64,000 nucleotides of DNA from contig DVHX01000014.1 in the NCBI GenBank assembly GCA_018711725.1, forward strand, positions 16,184-80,183, read 5' to 3'. Of the stretch, positions 29,102-38,269 are shown piece after piece; the stretch's first letter is position 1, and each line of letters begins with the position of its first letter. The stretch is from Candidatus Cryptobacteroides pullicola. Its GTDB lineage: Bacteria > Bacteroidota > Bacteroidia > Bacteroidales > UBA932. The position numbers were made by a program, and so were the translations under genes. Under the pieces are notes generated by a model, which did not search any database, had not been told where the DNA came from, and was given only the letters and a program-made list of their open reading frames with translations.

Positions 29102-29115
29102 TTTGACTGATTCTT

Positions 29116-30693
29116 ATGAAACTCAAAGTATTATTCGCTTCCTTAATTGCAGGCGCACTTCTTCTCAGCTCATGCGAGCAGAAATTCACGCCTACATATC
29201 TTGACGATATCAAGGTCAGCCAGTCCTATGTCGCTATCGACATGACGGGAGGCTCCGTAGATATTACTCTTACTGCGGAAGACGCATGGAATGTGTCATT
29301 CATCGGAACAGGTTACGGTACCAACAAGCAGGCTACTGTCGACTGGGTTACGGTAAGCCCCATGTCGGGTAGCGCCGCCGAAGATCAGGTGCTGACCTTC
29401 GAGGCCGCCGAGACCCTGAACGGAAGGAACTGCGTCGTGCTTATCGAATGCGGCAGCGGTGACAGCAAGGTAACCCAGTACATTAATGTCATCCAGGGCC
29501 TTCCCGTCACCGAGGAGGTCAGCTGCGAGGAAGTCATCGAGAACGGAATCGACGGCAAGACCTACCGTGTCACCGGTATCTGTACCTCGATCTCCAACAC
29601 CGAGTACGGCAACTGGTATCTGAACGACGGCACCGGAGAGCTTTATATCTACGGTACCAAGAATGAGAACGGACAGTATCCTAAGGATGCGGAAGGCGGC
29701 TGGGAGGCATTCGGCATCGAGGTAGGCGACGAGGTTACCGTCGAGGGACCGAAGCTTACCTACGGCAGCACCATCGAGCTCGAGGACGCCACGCTGATCA
29801 GTGTCAACAAGTCGCTGATTGCAGTGGAGTCAGTCGATCCCGAGGATGCTTCGTTCCCTCTTGAGGGCGGCAACGTCAGCGTGACCCTCAACTGCAAGGG
29901 CGACGGCATCGGAGTCGAGATTCCCGCAGAGGCCCAGGAGTGGCTCTCGATAGCTTCTATCGGCGGAACGGCTTCCGCCCCCGTTGTGACCTTCCAGGCC
30001 GCATACAACAATCTCGGCGACCGCAACGTGACCGTTACCTTCACGACCAAGGACGATGAGGGCAAGGAGTACACCACCGAGCAGTCGTTCTTCCAGAAGG
30101 GCTCTATCATCGACGCGACCGCTGCCGAGATCAACGCTGCTGCCGACGGCGATACCCAGTACCGTCTGACCGGCTACATCAGGGAGGTCGCCAACGACCT
30201 TTACGGCAACCTCTATGTAACCGACTTCTCGGGTGAGGTATATGTCTACGGCGTCCTCGACGAGAACGGCGAGAGCAAGCAGTGGGCCAACATGGGCATC
30301 GACGAAGGCGACATCATCACCGTCGTAGGTCCCAAGGGTTCGTACAAGGGAGATCCCCAGATGGTTGATGTCAGCGTCGAGGACCACAAGGCCGTTACCG
30401 AGGCTACCCTTGCGGAGTTCATCGCCGCCGAGAAGGCCGATGACGTGTGGTATCGCCTGACCGGAACCGTCAACGACATCTACAATACCACCTACGGCAA
30501 CTTCCACCTGCTTGACGGCGAGGGTAACGATGTGACCGTATACGGCCTCGTTGCAGGCTGGGGCGGCCCCGATAAGGAGTTCGCATCCCTCGGCATCGAG
30601 GAAGGTGATGTCGTTACTATCGTGGGCGTACGTGACGAGTACAACGGCACCGTACAGGTAGGCGACGCGTTCTTCGTATCGAAGGCCGAATAA
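29116..30693 (+). CDS. Surface lipoprotein with BACON-like domains and three OB-fold-like repeats
   Basis: Lipobox LLSSC; three repeats of YRxTGxxxxxxNxxYGN...VYG...GIxxGDxxTxxG; BACON-like WVTVSPMSG and WLSIASIGG. Confidence 0.7.
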   Translation: MKLKVLFASLIAGALLLSSCEQKFTPTYLDDIKVSQSYVAIDMTGGSVDITLTAEDAWNVSFIGTGYGTNKQATVDWVTVSPMSGSAAEDQVLTFEAAETLNGRNCVVLIECGSGDSKVTQYINVIQGLPVTEEVSCEEVIENGIDGKTYRVTGICTSISNTEYGNWYLNDGTGELYIYGTKNENGQYPKDAEGGWEAFGIEVGDEVTVEGPKLTYGSTIELEDATLISVNKSLIAVESVDPEDASFPLEGGNVSVTLNCKGDGIGVEIPAEAQEWLSIASIGGTASAPVVTFQAAYNNLGDRNVTVTFTTKDDEGKEYTTEQSFFQKGSIIDATAAEINAAADGDTQYRLTGYIREVANDLYGNLYVTDFSGEVYVYGVLDENGESKQWANMGIDEGDIITVVGPKGSYKGDPQMVDVSVEDHKAVTEATLAEFIAAEKADDVWYRLTGTVNDIYNTTYGNFHLLDGEGNDVTVYGLVAGWGGPDKEFASLGIEEGDVVTIVGVRDEYNGTVQVGDAFFVSKAE

Positions 30694-30717
30694 ACCCGGC
30701 TTCAGGATATATTCCAG

Positions 30718-30748
30718 GGAGGAAGGTTCATGCCTTCCTCCTTTTTTT
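30718..30748 (+). terminator. Intrinsic terminator after the TBDR-lipoprotein pair
   Basis: GGAGGAAGG-TTCATG-CCTTCCTCC followed by T7. Confidence 0.85.
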
Positions 30749-30832
30749 GCTGACAGGCGTCAGAAAAAGGGATGTCCGGTATATCCCTTTCCCCGAACGG
30801 GCTGAAGCGGATGAAGTGATTGATTATTTGAT

Positions 30833-30840
30833 TATATTTG
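30833..30840 (+). promoter_or_regulatory. -7 promoter element TATATTTG for the nuclease genes
   Basis: Exact TAnnTTTG match upstream of the start at 30864. Confidence 0.55.
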
Positions 30841-30863
30841 CCTGATAAAAGCAAATCGGTATC

Positions 30864-32537
30864 GTGATGAAACATAAAGTCATATTCTGGGCTGCGGCAT
30901 CGGTACTCGCCGTCCTCGCAGCATGCAACAAGCCTTCCGGGCTCGAACCTCAGATAAGCATCAGCGCCAAGGATCCGGTCGAAGCGCCTGCTACGGAGTA
31001 CAGCTACAGCTTCAAGCTGACGGCTACCGTCGACTGGGAAATCCGCGGACTCGACGAGGACGAGAAGTCATGGCTCGAGGTCAGTCCCGTTTCCGGCGCC
31101 GGCTCGTCCTATCCCCAGACTGTCACAGTCGATATAAAGGCCAATACCTCGGCAGCCGAACGCAGCGCCACATTCGAGTTCTACGGCTCCGGTCTGAGCG
31201 CGCCCCTGACTATAGTCCAGGCCGGTACCGCCGAGACCGAGATATATTCCGTGTCTTTCCTCGACGGACAGGGCGGTTTCACGGTCGAGGACAAGGACAA
31301 GCCTGCCGCGATAGACGAAATCTGGAAGCACGACCCTAAGTACGGCATGGTGGCCACGGCATACAAGTCCGACACGCAGGAGAACCTTGCATCCGAGAGC
31401 TGGCTCGTGTCGCCCGTGATCGACCTCACCGCCGAAAGCGCGGCATATCTCAGCTTCAAGCATGCCGTGAACTTCTTCAAGGACGCTTCCGTGCTCCCCG
31501 ACGAGGCTGCGGTCTGGGTAAGGGAGGAGAACGGCACATGGGAGCGTCTCGAGGGAGTCTACTATCCCCCGACCATGAGCTGGACTTTCATGGATTCCGG
31601 GTCGCTCGACCTCGGCGCCTATGTCGGCAGGAAGATGCAGTTCGCCTTCGTATACAGCAGCACCGCCGAGAAGGCGGGTACCTGGGAAATCCAGGAAGTG
31701 TCCGTCACGAGGAATGATACCGGCCTTCCCGAGGAACTGACTCCCGACACTCCCGGCCTGTGGCTCGAGCTGCCCGCGCTTGACGATGCCGGCTCCGGCC
31801 TCTGCTTCATAAGCCACGACATGCCCCTTGGAGGAAAGGACGTTCGCAACTACTCATACTGCTACAGCACCGGCGACAGGCTCGCCCTCTGGGTGGCATA
31901 CCCCCTCAACGACGGCCTCAGGGGCAACGGCGGCAGGAGCGACGAATGGAGCCTCGACCCCAAGATGCCCCGCAAGTACCAGCCCATACTCTACCGGTCA
32001 TACACCGACAGGGATGAGAACGACGAGAACATATACAACCGCGGACATCAGATTCCCTCTGCCGACAGGCTCGACGCGGAGGCCAACCTGAAGACTTTCT
32101 ACTTTACCAACAGCGCTCCCCAGAGCGGCAGCTTCAACAGCGGCGTATGGGCGGACCTCGAGAACATGGTGCGCGACTGGTCTTCCGACATGGATACGCT
32201 CTATGTCGTGACCGGTGTCGACATCGCGGGCGCCACCGAAGTCGCCCATGACAACGAGGGCAACGAGGTCACGGTTCCGACAGGCTTCTACAAGGCCCTG
32301 CTCGGATATGACAAGGACGCCTCGTTCGGCGCGGAGACTGGCGGATACATAGGAATCGCCTTCTACTTCGAGCACAGGGATTATTCCGGCGGCAGCTCTG
32401 CCGTCATGGAGCAGTCCATGAGCATCGACGCTCTCGAGGACATGCTCGGCTACGACTTCTTCGTGAACCTTCCCGCAAAGATAGGGGAGGACGGGGCGGC
32501 CGCGGTAGAGTCTGCGGTGGATTCATGGTGGAACTGA
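30864..32537 (+). CDS. Lipoprotein: BACON domain, beta-sandwich domain and DNA/RNA non-specific endonuclease (NucA/EndoG type)
   Basis: Lipobox LAAC; WLEVSPVSG BACON; ESWLVSPVIDL; YNRGHQIPSADR and FYFTNSAPQ...FNSGVWADLE beta-beta-alpha-metal motifs. Confidence 0.88.
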   Translation: MMKHKVIFWAAASVLAVLAACNKPSGLEPQISISAKDPVEAPATEYSYSFKLTATVDWEIRGLDEDEKSWLEVSPVSGAGSSYPQTVTVDIKANTSAAERSATFEFYGSGLSAPLTIVQAGTAETEIYSVSFLDGQGGFTVEDKDKPAAIDEIWKHDPKYGMVATAYKSDTQENLASESWLVSPVIDLTAESAAYLSFKHAVNFFKDASVLPDEAAVWVREENGTWERLEGVYYPPTMSWTFMDSGSLDLGAYVGRKMQFAFVYSSTAEKAGTWEIQEVSVTRNDTGLPEELTPDTPGLWLELPALDDAGSGLCFISHDMPLGGKDVRNYSYCYSTGDRLALWVAYPLNDGLRGNGGRSDEWSLDPKMPRKYQPILYRSYTDRDENDENIYNRGHQIPSADRLDAEANLKTFYFTNSAPQSGSFNSGVWADLENMVRDWSSDMDTLYVVTGVDIAGATEVAHDNEGNEVTVPTGFYKALLGYDKDASFGAETGGYIGIAFYFEHRDYSGGSSAVMEQSMSIDALEDMLGYDFFVNLPAKIGEDGAAAVESAVDSWWN

Positions 32538-32565
32538 CGCCTGGGCGGCAAATCTGTCTGACGAT

Positions 32566-33630
32566 ATGAGAAAGTCGGTTTTTACGGCCCTGCTTGCTGT
32601 CGTGCTGCTGTGCAGCTGCGGCAGGACGCAGAAATATGTGGTGGGGTTCTACAACCTCGAGAACCTGTTCGACACGGTGGACGACCCTGCGGTGAACGAC
32701 GAGGAGTTCCTCCCCGAGGGCAGGAACCACTGGACGCAGGACAAGTACGAAGTCAAGCTCCGCAACATCGCCAGCGTCATCGAGGCGATGAAGGAGGAGA
32801 ACGGTGTGTTCCATACCGTTCTCGGCGTGAGCGAGGTGGAGAACGCGGGCGTGCTCGAAGACCTTGTGGCCGAGCCGGGAATCGCCCCTGCCGGATATGA
32901 GATAGTCCATTACGACAGCCCCGACCGTCGCGGAATCGATGTCGCGCTGCTCTACAGGCCCGACCAGTTCGAACTGCTCGACAGCGAGGCCATTCCGTTC
33001 TCGTTCGATGACACGGAAGTGGACATCACCCTCTCGCCCGAGGAACAGGCCGACTTCCGCACCCGCGACATCCTTATGGCGCGCGGACTCCTCGGGGGCG
33101 AGCAGTTCGCATTCTATGTGGCGCACCTGCCCTCGCGCGTAGGCGGGAAGGGCGGCGACCTGCGCTCCCTCGGCGCGGAGATAATCTACAACCATTCCCA
33201 GGCCCTCATGCAGGAGTTCCCGGGCATCAAGATTGTAGTTATGGGCGACATGAACGACAACCCCACCGACGTAAGCATGACGGAGTGGATGCATGCAGAG
33301 GAAGACATAGACGAAGTGGATTCCAGGGCCGGATACTTCAGCCCGTTCACGCAGCTGCTCGAGGACGGTTACGGTTCGCTGGAATACAGGGGAGAGTGGA
33401 ACATCTACGACATCATCCTCGTGAACTACGACCTCGCGGCGGCACCGGACGGTGGCCTGCACATCCTCGAGACTGGGGACGAAGGCCATTACGGCTGCGT
33501 GTTCAGCAGGCCGTTCATGGTGCAGCAGAGCGGACGCTTCGCAGGCACCCCGTTCCGTTCGTTCTCGTACGGGGAGTTCATCGGAGGGTACTCCGACCAC
33601 TATCCGACATATATAGTAATCGGCAGATAG
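32566..33630 (+). CDS. Endonuclease/exonuclease/phosphatase (DNase I-like) family lipoprotein
   Basis: Lipobox LCSC; FYNLENLFD, GVSEVEN, VMGDMND, YSDHYP. Confidence 0.9.
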   Translation: MRKSVFTALLAVVLLCSCGRTQKYVVGFYNLENLFDTVDDPAVNDEEFLPEGRNHWTQDKYEVKLRNIASVIEAMKEENGVFHTVLGVSEVENAGVLEDLVAEPGIAPAGYEIVHYDSPDRRGIDVALLYRPDQFELLDSEAIPFSFDDTEVDITLSPEEQADFRTRDILMARGLLGGEQFAFYVAHLPSRVGGKGGDLRSLGAEIIYNHSQALMQEFPGIKIVVMGDMNDNPTDVSMTEWMHAEEDIDEVDSRAGYFSPFTQLLEDGYGSLEYRGEWNIYDIILVNYDLAAAPDGGLHILETGDEGHYGCVFSRPFMVQQSGRFAGTPFRSFSYGEFIGGYSDHYPTYIVIGR

Positions 33631-33658
33631 TCCGTACAACAATATCAGTTATTAGTGT

Positions 33659-35671
33659 ATGAAGAAGTTATTTTCATTATTGGCAATCGCAACCGTTATG
33701 ACAGCCTGCGGCGAAAAGAATCCCTTCCTCGCCGAGTGGGACACCCCTTACGGCATCCCTCCCTACGACGAGATTGAAATCGAAGACTATATACCGGCGA
33801 TCAAGGCCGGAATCGAACAGCAGAACGCCCAGATCGAGGAAATCACCTCCAATCCCGACGCTCCTACCTTCGAGAACACCATAGTGCCCCTCGAACTCTC
33901 GGGCGAGATACTCGACAAGGTGCTCGGCGTGCTCTACAATGTCAGCGAGACCGACCGCAGCGATTCCCTCGATGCGGTGATGACGGAGGCAATCCCCATG
34001 CTCAGCGAGCATTCCGACAATATCTCGTTCAACAGGGATCTTTACGAAAGGATAGCCGCGGTCTACAACGGCGACCAGAGCGGCCTCACGCGCGAGCAGC
34101 AGGTCGTGCTGAAAAAACGTTTCGAGAGCTTCGAGCGCGAGGGCATAGGCCTTGACGAGCAGAAGCAGGCCGAGCTCCGCACAATCAACGGCCGTATTGC
34201 GGAACTCACCCAGAAGATAGGCAACAACATCCTCGCCGAGTCCAACGCCTTCGCCGAGAAGTTCGGCTTCAGCGTTTCGGAGTATCCCGCGAAGATGACG
34301 ACGACCGAAGACCGCGAACTCCGCCGCCAGTATAACGAGGCCTACCAGATGCGCGGCCACAACGGCAACGAATACGACAACTCCGACCTGATACTCGAAC
34401 TCGTGGACCAGCGCCTGCGCAAGGCGAACATACTCGGCTATGAGACTTCCGCGGCCTACACGCTTTCAGACAAGATGGCGGCGGATCCCGAGACCGTGGA
34501 CTCCTTCCTCGAGGGCATAATGCAGGCCGCCGTGGCCAAGGCCAGGCTCGAACTTGCCGACATGCAGGCCATTATGGACGAGGATATAAAAGAGGGGAAG
34601 CTTCCCGAGGGCTCGAAGATAGAGCAGTGGGACTGGTGGTACTATGCCGAGAAGGTGCGCAAGGCGAAGTACGACCTCGACGAGTCGCAGACCAGGCCCT
34701 ACTTCAGGATAGACAATGTGGTGGACGGTGTGTTCCGTGCGGCCGAGACCCTCTACGGCGTGAATGCCGAGAAGCTGGAGGGCGTCCCCGCCTACAATCC
34801 CGAGGTCACCACCTATAAGATAACCGCCGACGACGGCTCCCTGATAGGCATATTCACGACCGACTACTTCCCCCGCGACAGCAAGAGGGGAGGCGCCTGG
34901 ATGAACAATGTGCGCAACCAGTATGTGGATGCAGAGGGCAACGACGTGCGCCCTATCATAGTCAATGTCGCGAACCTTCCCGAATATCTCGGCATCGACG
35001 AGGTGCTCACCGTGTTCCACGAGTTCGGACACGCCCTGCACGGGCTGCTGTCGAAGTGCACCTATCCTTCGGTGAGCGGCACTTCCGTGACCCGCGACTT
35101 CGTCGAGATGTTCTCGCAGTTCAACGAGAACTGGGCGTTCCAGCCCGAGCTTCTCGCGCTCTATGCCAAGAACGAGGCCGGCGAGGTGATTCCCGACGAG
35201 CTCGTGAAGAAGATAAACGCTTCGCTGAAGTTCAACCAGGGCTTCATGACGACCGAGCTCTGCGCCGCATCCATGCTCGACATGGCATGGCATGAGCTCG
35301 AGAGCGTGGAAGGCGTCGATGTAGACGAGTTCGAGGCTGCCGTGGCCGAGAGGATAGGCCTGATACCCGAGATAACCTTCCGCTACCGCAGCACCTACTT
35401 CAACCATATCTTCGGCGGCAGCGGCTACAACTCCGGCTATTACGGCTACCTCTGGGCGGAGGTACTCGACAAGGACGCGTTCAGCGTGTTCCAGAACTCT
35501 CCTAACGGAATCTGGGACCTCGCCCTTGCCGACAAGTTCAAGAAGACCTTCCTCGAGAAGGGCGGCTCCGAGGAGCCTATGGTGCTCTACAAGGAGTTCG
35601 TAGGACGCGAGCCCGACTCCAGGGCTATGCTGCTCGGCCGCGGACTCATAGAGGAGGACGATGCGGAATAA
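33659..35671 (+). CDS. M3 family metallopeptidase (Dcp-like) lipoprotein
   Basis: Lipobox MTAC; FHEFGHALH, DFVEMFSQFNE, GYYGYLWAEVLD. Confidence 0.92.
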   Translation: MKKLFSLLAIATVMTACGEKNPFLAEWDTPYGIPPYDEIEIEDYIPAIKAGIEQQNAQIEEITSNPDAPTFENTIVPLELSGEILDKVLGVLYNVSETDRSDSLDAVMTEAIPMLSEHSDNISFNRDLYERIAAVYNGDQSGLTREQQVVLKKRFESFEREGIGLDEQKQAELRTINGRIAELTQKIGNNILAESNAFAEKFGFSVSEYPAKMTTTEDRELRRQYNEAYQMRGHNGNEYDNSDLILELVDQRLRKANILGYETSAAYTLSDKMAADPETVDSFLEGIMQAAVAKARLELADMQAIMDEDIKEGKLPEGSKIEQWDWWYYAEKVRKAKYDLDESQTRPYFRIDNVVDGVFRAAETLYGVNAEKLEGVPAYNPEVTTYKITADDGSLIGIFTTDYFPRDSKRGGAWMNNVRNQYVDAEGNDVRPIIVNVANLPEYLGIDEVLTVFHEFGHALHGLLSKCTYPSVSGTSVTRDFVEMFSQFNENWAFQPELLALYAKNEAGEVIPDELVKKINASLKFNQGFMTTELCAASMLDMAWHELESVEGVDVDEFEAAVAERIGLIPEITFRYRSTYFNHIFGGSGYNSGYYGYLWAEVLDKDAFSVFQNSPNGIWDLALADKFKKTFLEKGGSEEPMVLYKEFVGREPDSRAMLLGRGLIEEDDAE

Positions 35672-35729
35672 TGCCGGAGAGATGCTCTGGAACAGCAATG
35701 TATAGAAACGGATAAAAAAACACTGAAAT

Positions 35730-37250
35730 ATGAACAGAAAAGTACTACTGATGATTCTGGACGGTTGGGGTGAAGGAAAGCACGACCATTCCAATGCGAT
35801 CTATACGCAGGGCGCGCCTTTCATCGACAGCCTCCGCGCGAAATATCCCATGTCTCACCTGCAGGCCTGCGGCGAATATGTGGGCCTGCCCGACGGCCAG
35901 ATGGGCAACTCCGAGGTAGGACACATGAACCTCGGTGCCGGCAGGGTCGTATATCAGGACCTCGTGAAGATAAACATGGCCTGCCGCGACCACAAGCTCC
36001 TCGAGAACAAGGAGATACGCGCTGCGTACGACTATGTGAAGACCAGCGGCGGCAAGCTCCACTTCATGGGTCTCTGCTCGCACGGCGGAGTCCACTCCAG
36101 CCTTGACCACCTCTATGAGTTCCTGCGCGTCGCGAAGCAGGAGGGACTCGACAAGGTGTATGTGCACTGCTTCATGGACGGCCGCGACACCGACCCCCAC
36201 AGCGGTTACGGCTTCGTCGAGGAGCTCGAGAAGAAGATGTCGGAAAGCGTGGGAAAGGTCGCCACTGTCTGCGGAAGGTTCTATGCAATGGATCGCGACA
36301 AGCGCTGGGGCCGCGTCAAGGAGGCCTACGACATGCTCGTCGAGGGAAAGGGTGCCGAGTACACTTCGGCTCTCGATGCGATCAAGGCTTCGTATGACGC
36401 CGACGTCACTGACGAGTTCATCAAGCCCGTGGTGATCACTGAGGGAGGAAAGCCCGTCGCCAGGGTGGAGAAGGGAGATGCGGTGATATTCTTCAACTTC
36501 CGCAACGACCGCGCCCGCGAGCTTACCTCCGTGCTTACCCAGCACGACATGCCCGAGGAGGGAATGCATACCCTGCCGCTCTACTACTGCTGCCTCACTC
36601 CCTATGACGCATCGTTCACGGGAGTGCACATACTCTTCGACAAGGAGGAGGTCACCGACACTCTCGGAGAGACCGTGGCCAAGGCCGGAAAGCGTCAGCT
36701 GCGCATCGCGGAGACCGAGAAGTACGCACATGTGACCTTCTTCTTCAACGGCGGACGCGAGACTCCGTTCGAGAACGAGGACCGCATACTCGTGAACTCG
36801 CCCAAGGTGGCCACCTACGACCTGCAGCCCGAGATGAGCGCGATCGAGGTCACCGACAAGCTCTGCGCCGCGCTGCGCGAGGAGAAGGAGGACATGGTGA
36901 TACTGAACTTCGCCAACGGCGACATGGTGGGCCATACCGGTGTCTATGATGCGATACGCAATGCGGTGGGATGCATAGACGGCTGCGTGGAGGCTGTTGT
37001 GACCACGGCCCTCGCACACGGCTATGTGGTGCTGCTGACCGCCGACCACGGCAATGCAGACCATGCGGTGAACGAGGACGGTACTCCCAACACCGCCCAC
37101 TCGCTCAATCCCGTGCAGTTCATAGTGATAGGAGCCGGCGACGAGGTCAAGGCCGTCAAGGACGGCGCCCTCTGCAACGTCGCGCCCACCATTCTCAAGT
37201 TAATGGGAATCCCCCAGCCCGCCGCAATGACGGCCGAGCCGCTGATATAG
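35730..37250 (+). CDS. gpmI: 2,3-bisphosphoglycerate-independent phosphoglycerate mutase
   Basis: [44 protein letters not shown]. Confidence 0.97.
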   Translation: MNRKVLLMILDGWGEGKHDHSNAIYTQGAPFIDSLRAKYPMSHLQACGEYVGLPDGQMGNSEVGHMNLGAGRVVYQDLVKINMACRDHKLLENKEIRAAYDYVKTSGGKLHFMGLCSHGGVHSSLDHLYEFLRVAKQEGLDKVYVHCFMDGRDTDPHSGYGFVEELEKKMSESVGKVATVCGRFYAMDRDKRWGRVKEAYDMLVEGKGAEYTSALDAIKASYDADVTDEFIKPVVITEGGKPVARVEKGDAVIFFNFRNDRARELTSVLTQHDMPEEGMHTLPLYYCCLTPYDASFTGVHILFDKEEVTDTLGETVAKAGKRQLRIAETEKYAHVTFFFNGGRETPFENEDRILVNSPKVATYDLQPEMSAIEVTDKLCAALREEKEDMVILNFANGDMVGHTGVYDAIRNAVGCIDGCVEAVVTTALAHGYVVLLTADHGNADHAVNEDGTPNTAHSLNPVQFIVIGAGDEVKAVKDGALCNVAPTILKLMGIPQPAAMTAEPLI

Positions 37251-37251
37251 A

Positions 37252-37417
37252 CCGGACTGCCGGACACGGGAACAGCCGTTCGGCACTGTTCCTGTCCGCT
37301 CCGGAAAATCTGCAAGTATGTCCCCGGGAGGCGTTTTCCCTGTTGATTAGCCTCCCGGGGACATACTTTGCAGATTATGGCAATGGCAGGGACGGGAAGA
37401 TGTTCCCGCAGTCCCGG
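37252..37417. repeat. Multi-hairpin palindromic element between convergent gpmI and DUF5020 genes
   Basis: Inverted repeat 37307-37332 / 37350-37376 (26/27 bp, one indel), flanking hairpins 37261-37296 and about 37389-37414. Confidence 0.75.
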
Positions 37418-37421
37418 CAGC

Positions 37422-38183
37422 TCAGAACACCCACTTCACTCCGGCACAGGGGCGGCATCTGAAGCCCCTGACGGTGCCGAAGTCATAGGACAGCTCCACT
37501 TCGCCTCCGACATTCAGGTTGTCGCAGCCGAAGTGGCGTCCTGCATTATACCACAGCTGCGGTTCCGTGATGAATATGCAGTGCGAGGTCTCGGGCAGGA
37601 TGTCTCCGTAGCGGTCGCTCAGCAGCGTGTGCTCCTCCCACCAGAAGTCGGCGAAGCCGGTGAACGTCAGCCCCGCGAGGCCGAAGAGGTCTTTCATCGT
37701 CCATGCGGCGGTGAACTGCAGCGGAAGCCTGCTGCGCGTGCCGGCATCGGTATATGTGATGTATTTGTAGAGGACTTTGAGGTTGAGGGTGTTGCGGAAG
37801 TCTGCGCTGTGCAGGAACCAGTCCGCACCCGCGAGGAAGGCGTTGTTTATGGTGTAGCCCCTGTACACGCCTCCGTCGTATTCGACATGCAGGCTCAGCG
37901 GTGCGAGCGCCGTGCCCTGCCAGAAGTTCAGGCAGCGGGAGATTTCGAGATATGTCCCGCCGGGAGCTATCACGCCGCCCCGGGGGCCTCTTTCGCTGAA
38001 GTCGTGGTCTACGAAAAAGAAGGTGTTGCCCCAGTTGTCGGAATAGAAGCCTTCCAGCGTCGTGGTAACATGGCGGCGGTCGGAGCCGAAGTCGTACTGG
38101 ATCTGGAGGTTGGTCTGTGCGGCTGCCTGCCCCGTGCAGAGGAGCGAGGCCGCTGCGGCGATGAAAACTATGATTTTCTTCAT
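37422..38183 (-). CDS. DUF5020 family outer membrane protein (Tsx-like nucleoside channel)
   Basis: Signal peptide ending AAA-QTNLQIQYDFG; TTTLEGFYSDNWGNTFFFVD; TFTGFADFW; terminal Phe; TAAATTTG at 38215-38222 on the minus strand. Confidence 0.75.
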   Translation of the reverse strand: MKKIIVFIAAAASLLCTGQAAAQTNLQIQYDFGSDRRHVTTTLEGFYSDNWGNTFFFVDHDFSERGPRGGVIAPGGTYLEISRCLNFWQGTALAPLSLHVEYDGGVYRGYTINNAFLAGADWFLHSADFRNTLNLKVLYKYITYTDAGTRSRLPLQFTAAWTMKDLFGLAGLTFTGFADFWWEEHTLLSDRYGDILPETSHCIFITEPQLWYNAGRHFGCDNLNVGGEVELSYDFGTVRGFRCRPCAGVKWVF

Positions 38184-38269
38184 TTCTGTCGACAAATAAC
38201 TCTAACTAACGCCGCAAATTTAGGAATAATATGCAAGATTTGCGTAAATTTGCCAAGATTCAAGGTAAT

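Noticed and set aside
37307-37376. Inverted repeat considered as an invertible promoter (the right arm contains ATACTTTGCA)
   Set aside because: The spacer is only 17 bp, too short for recombinase inversion; not an exact TAnnTTTG; lies between convergent genes
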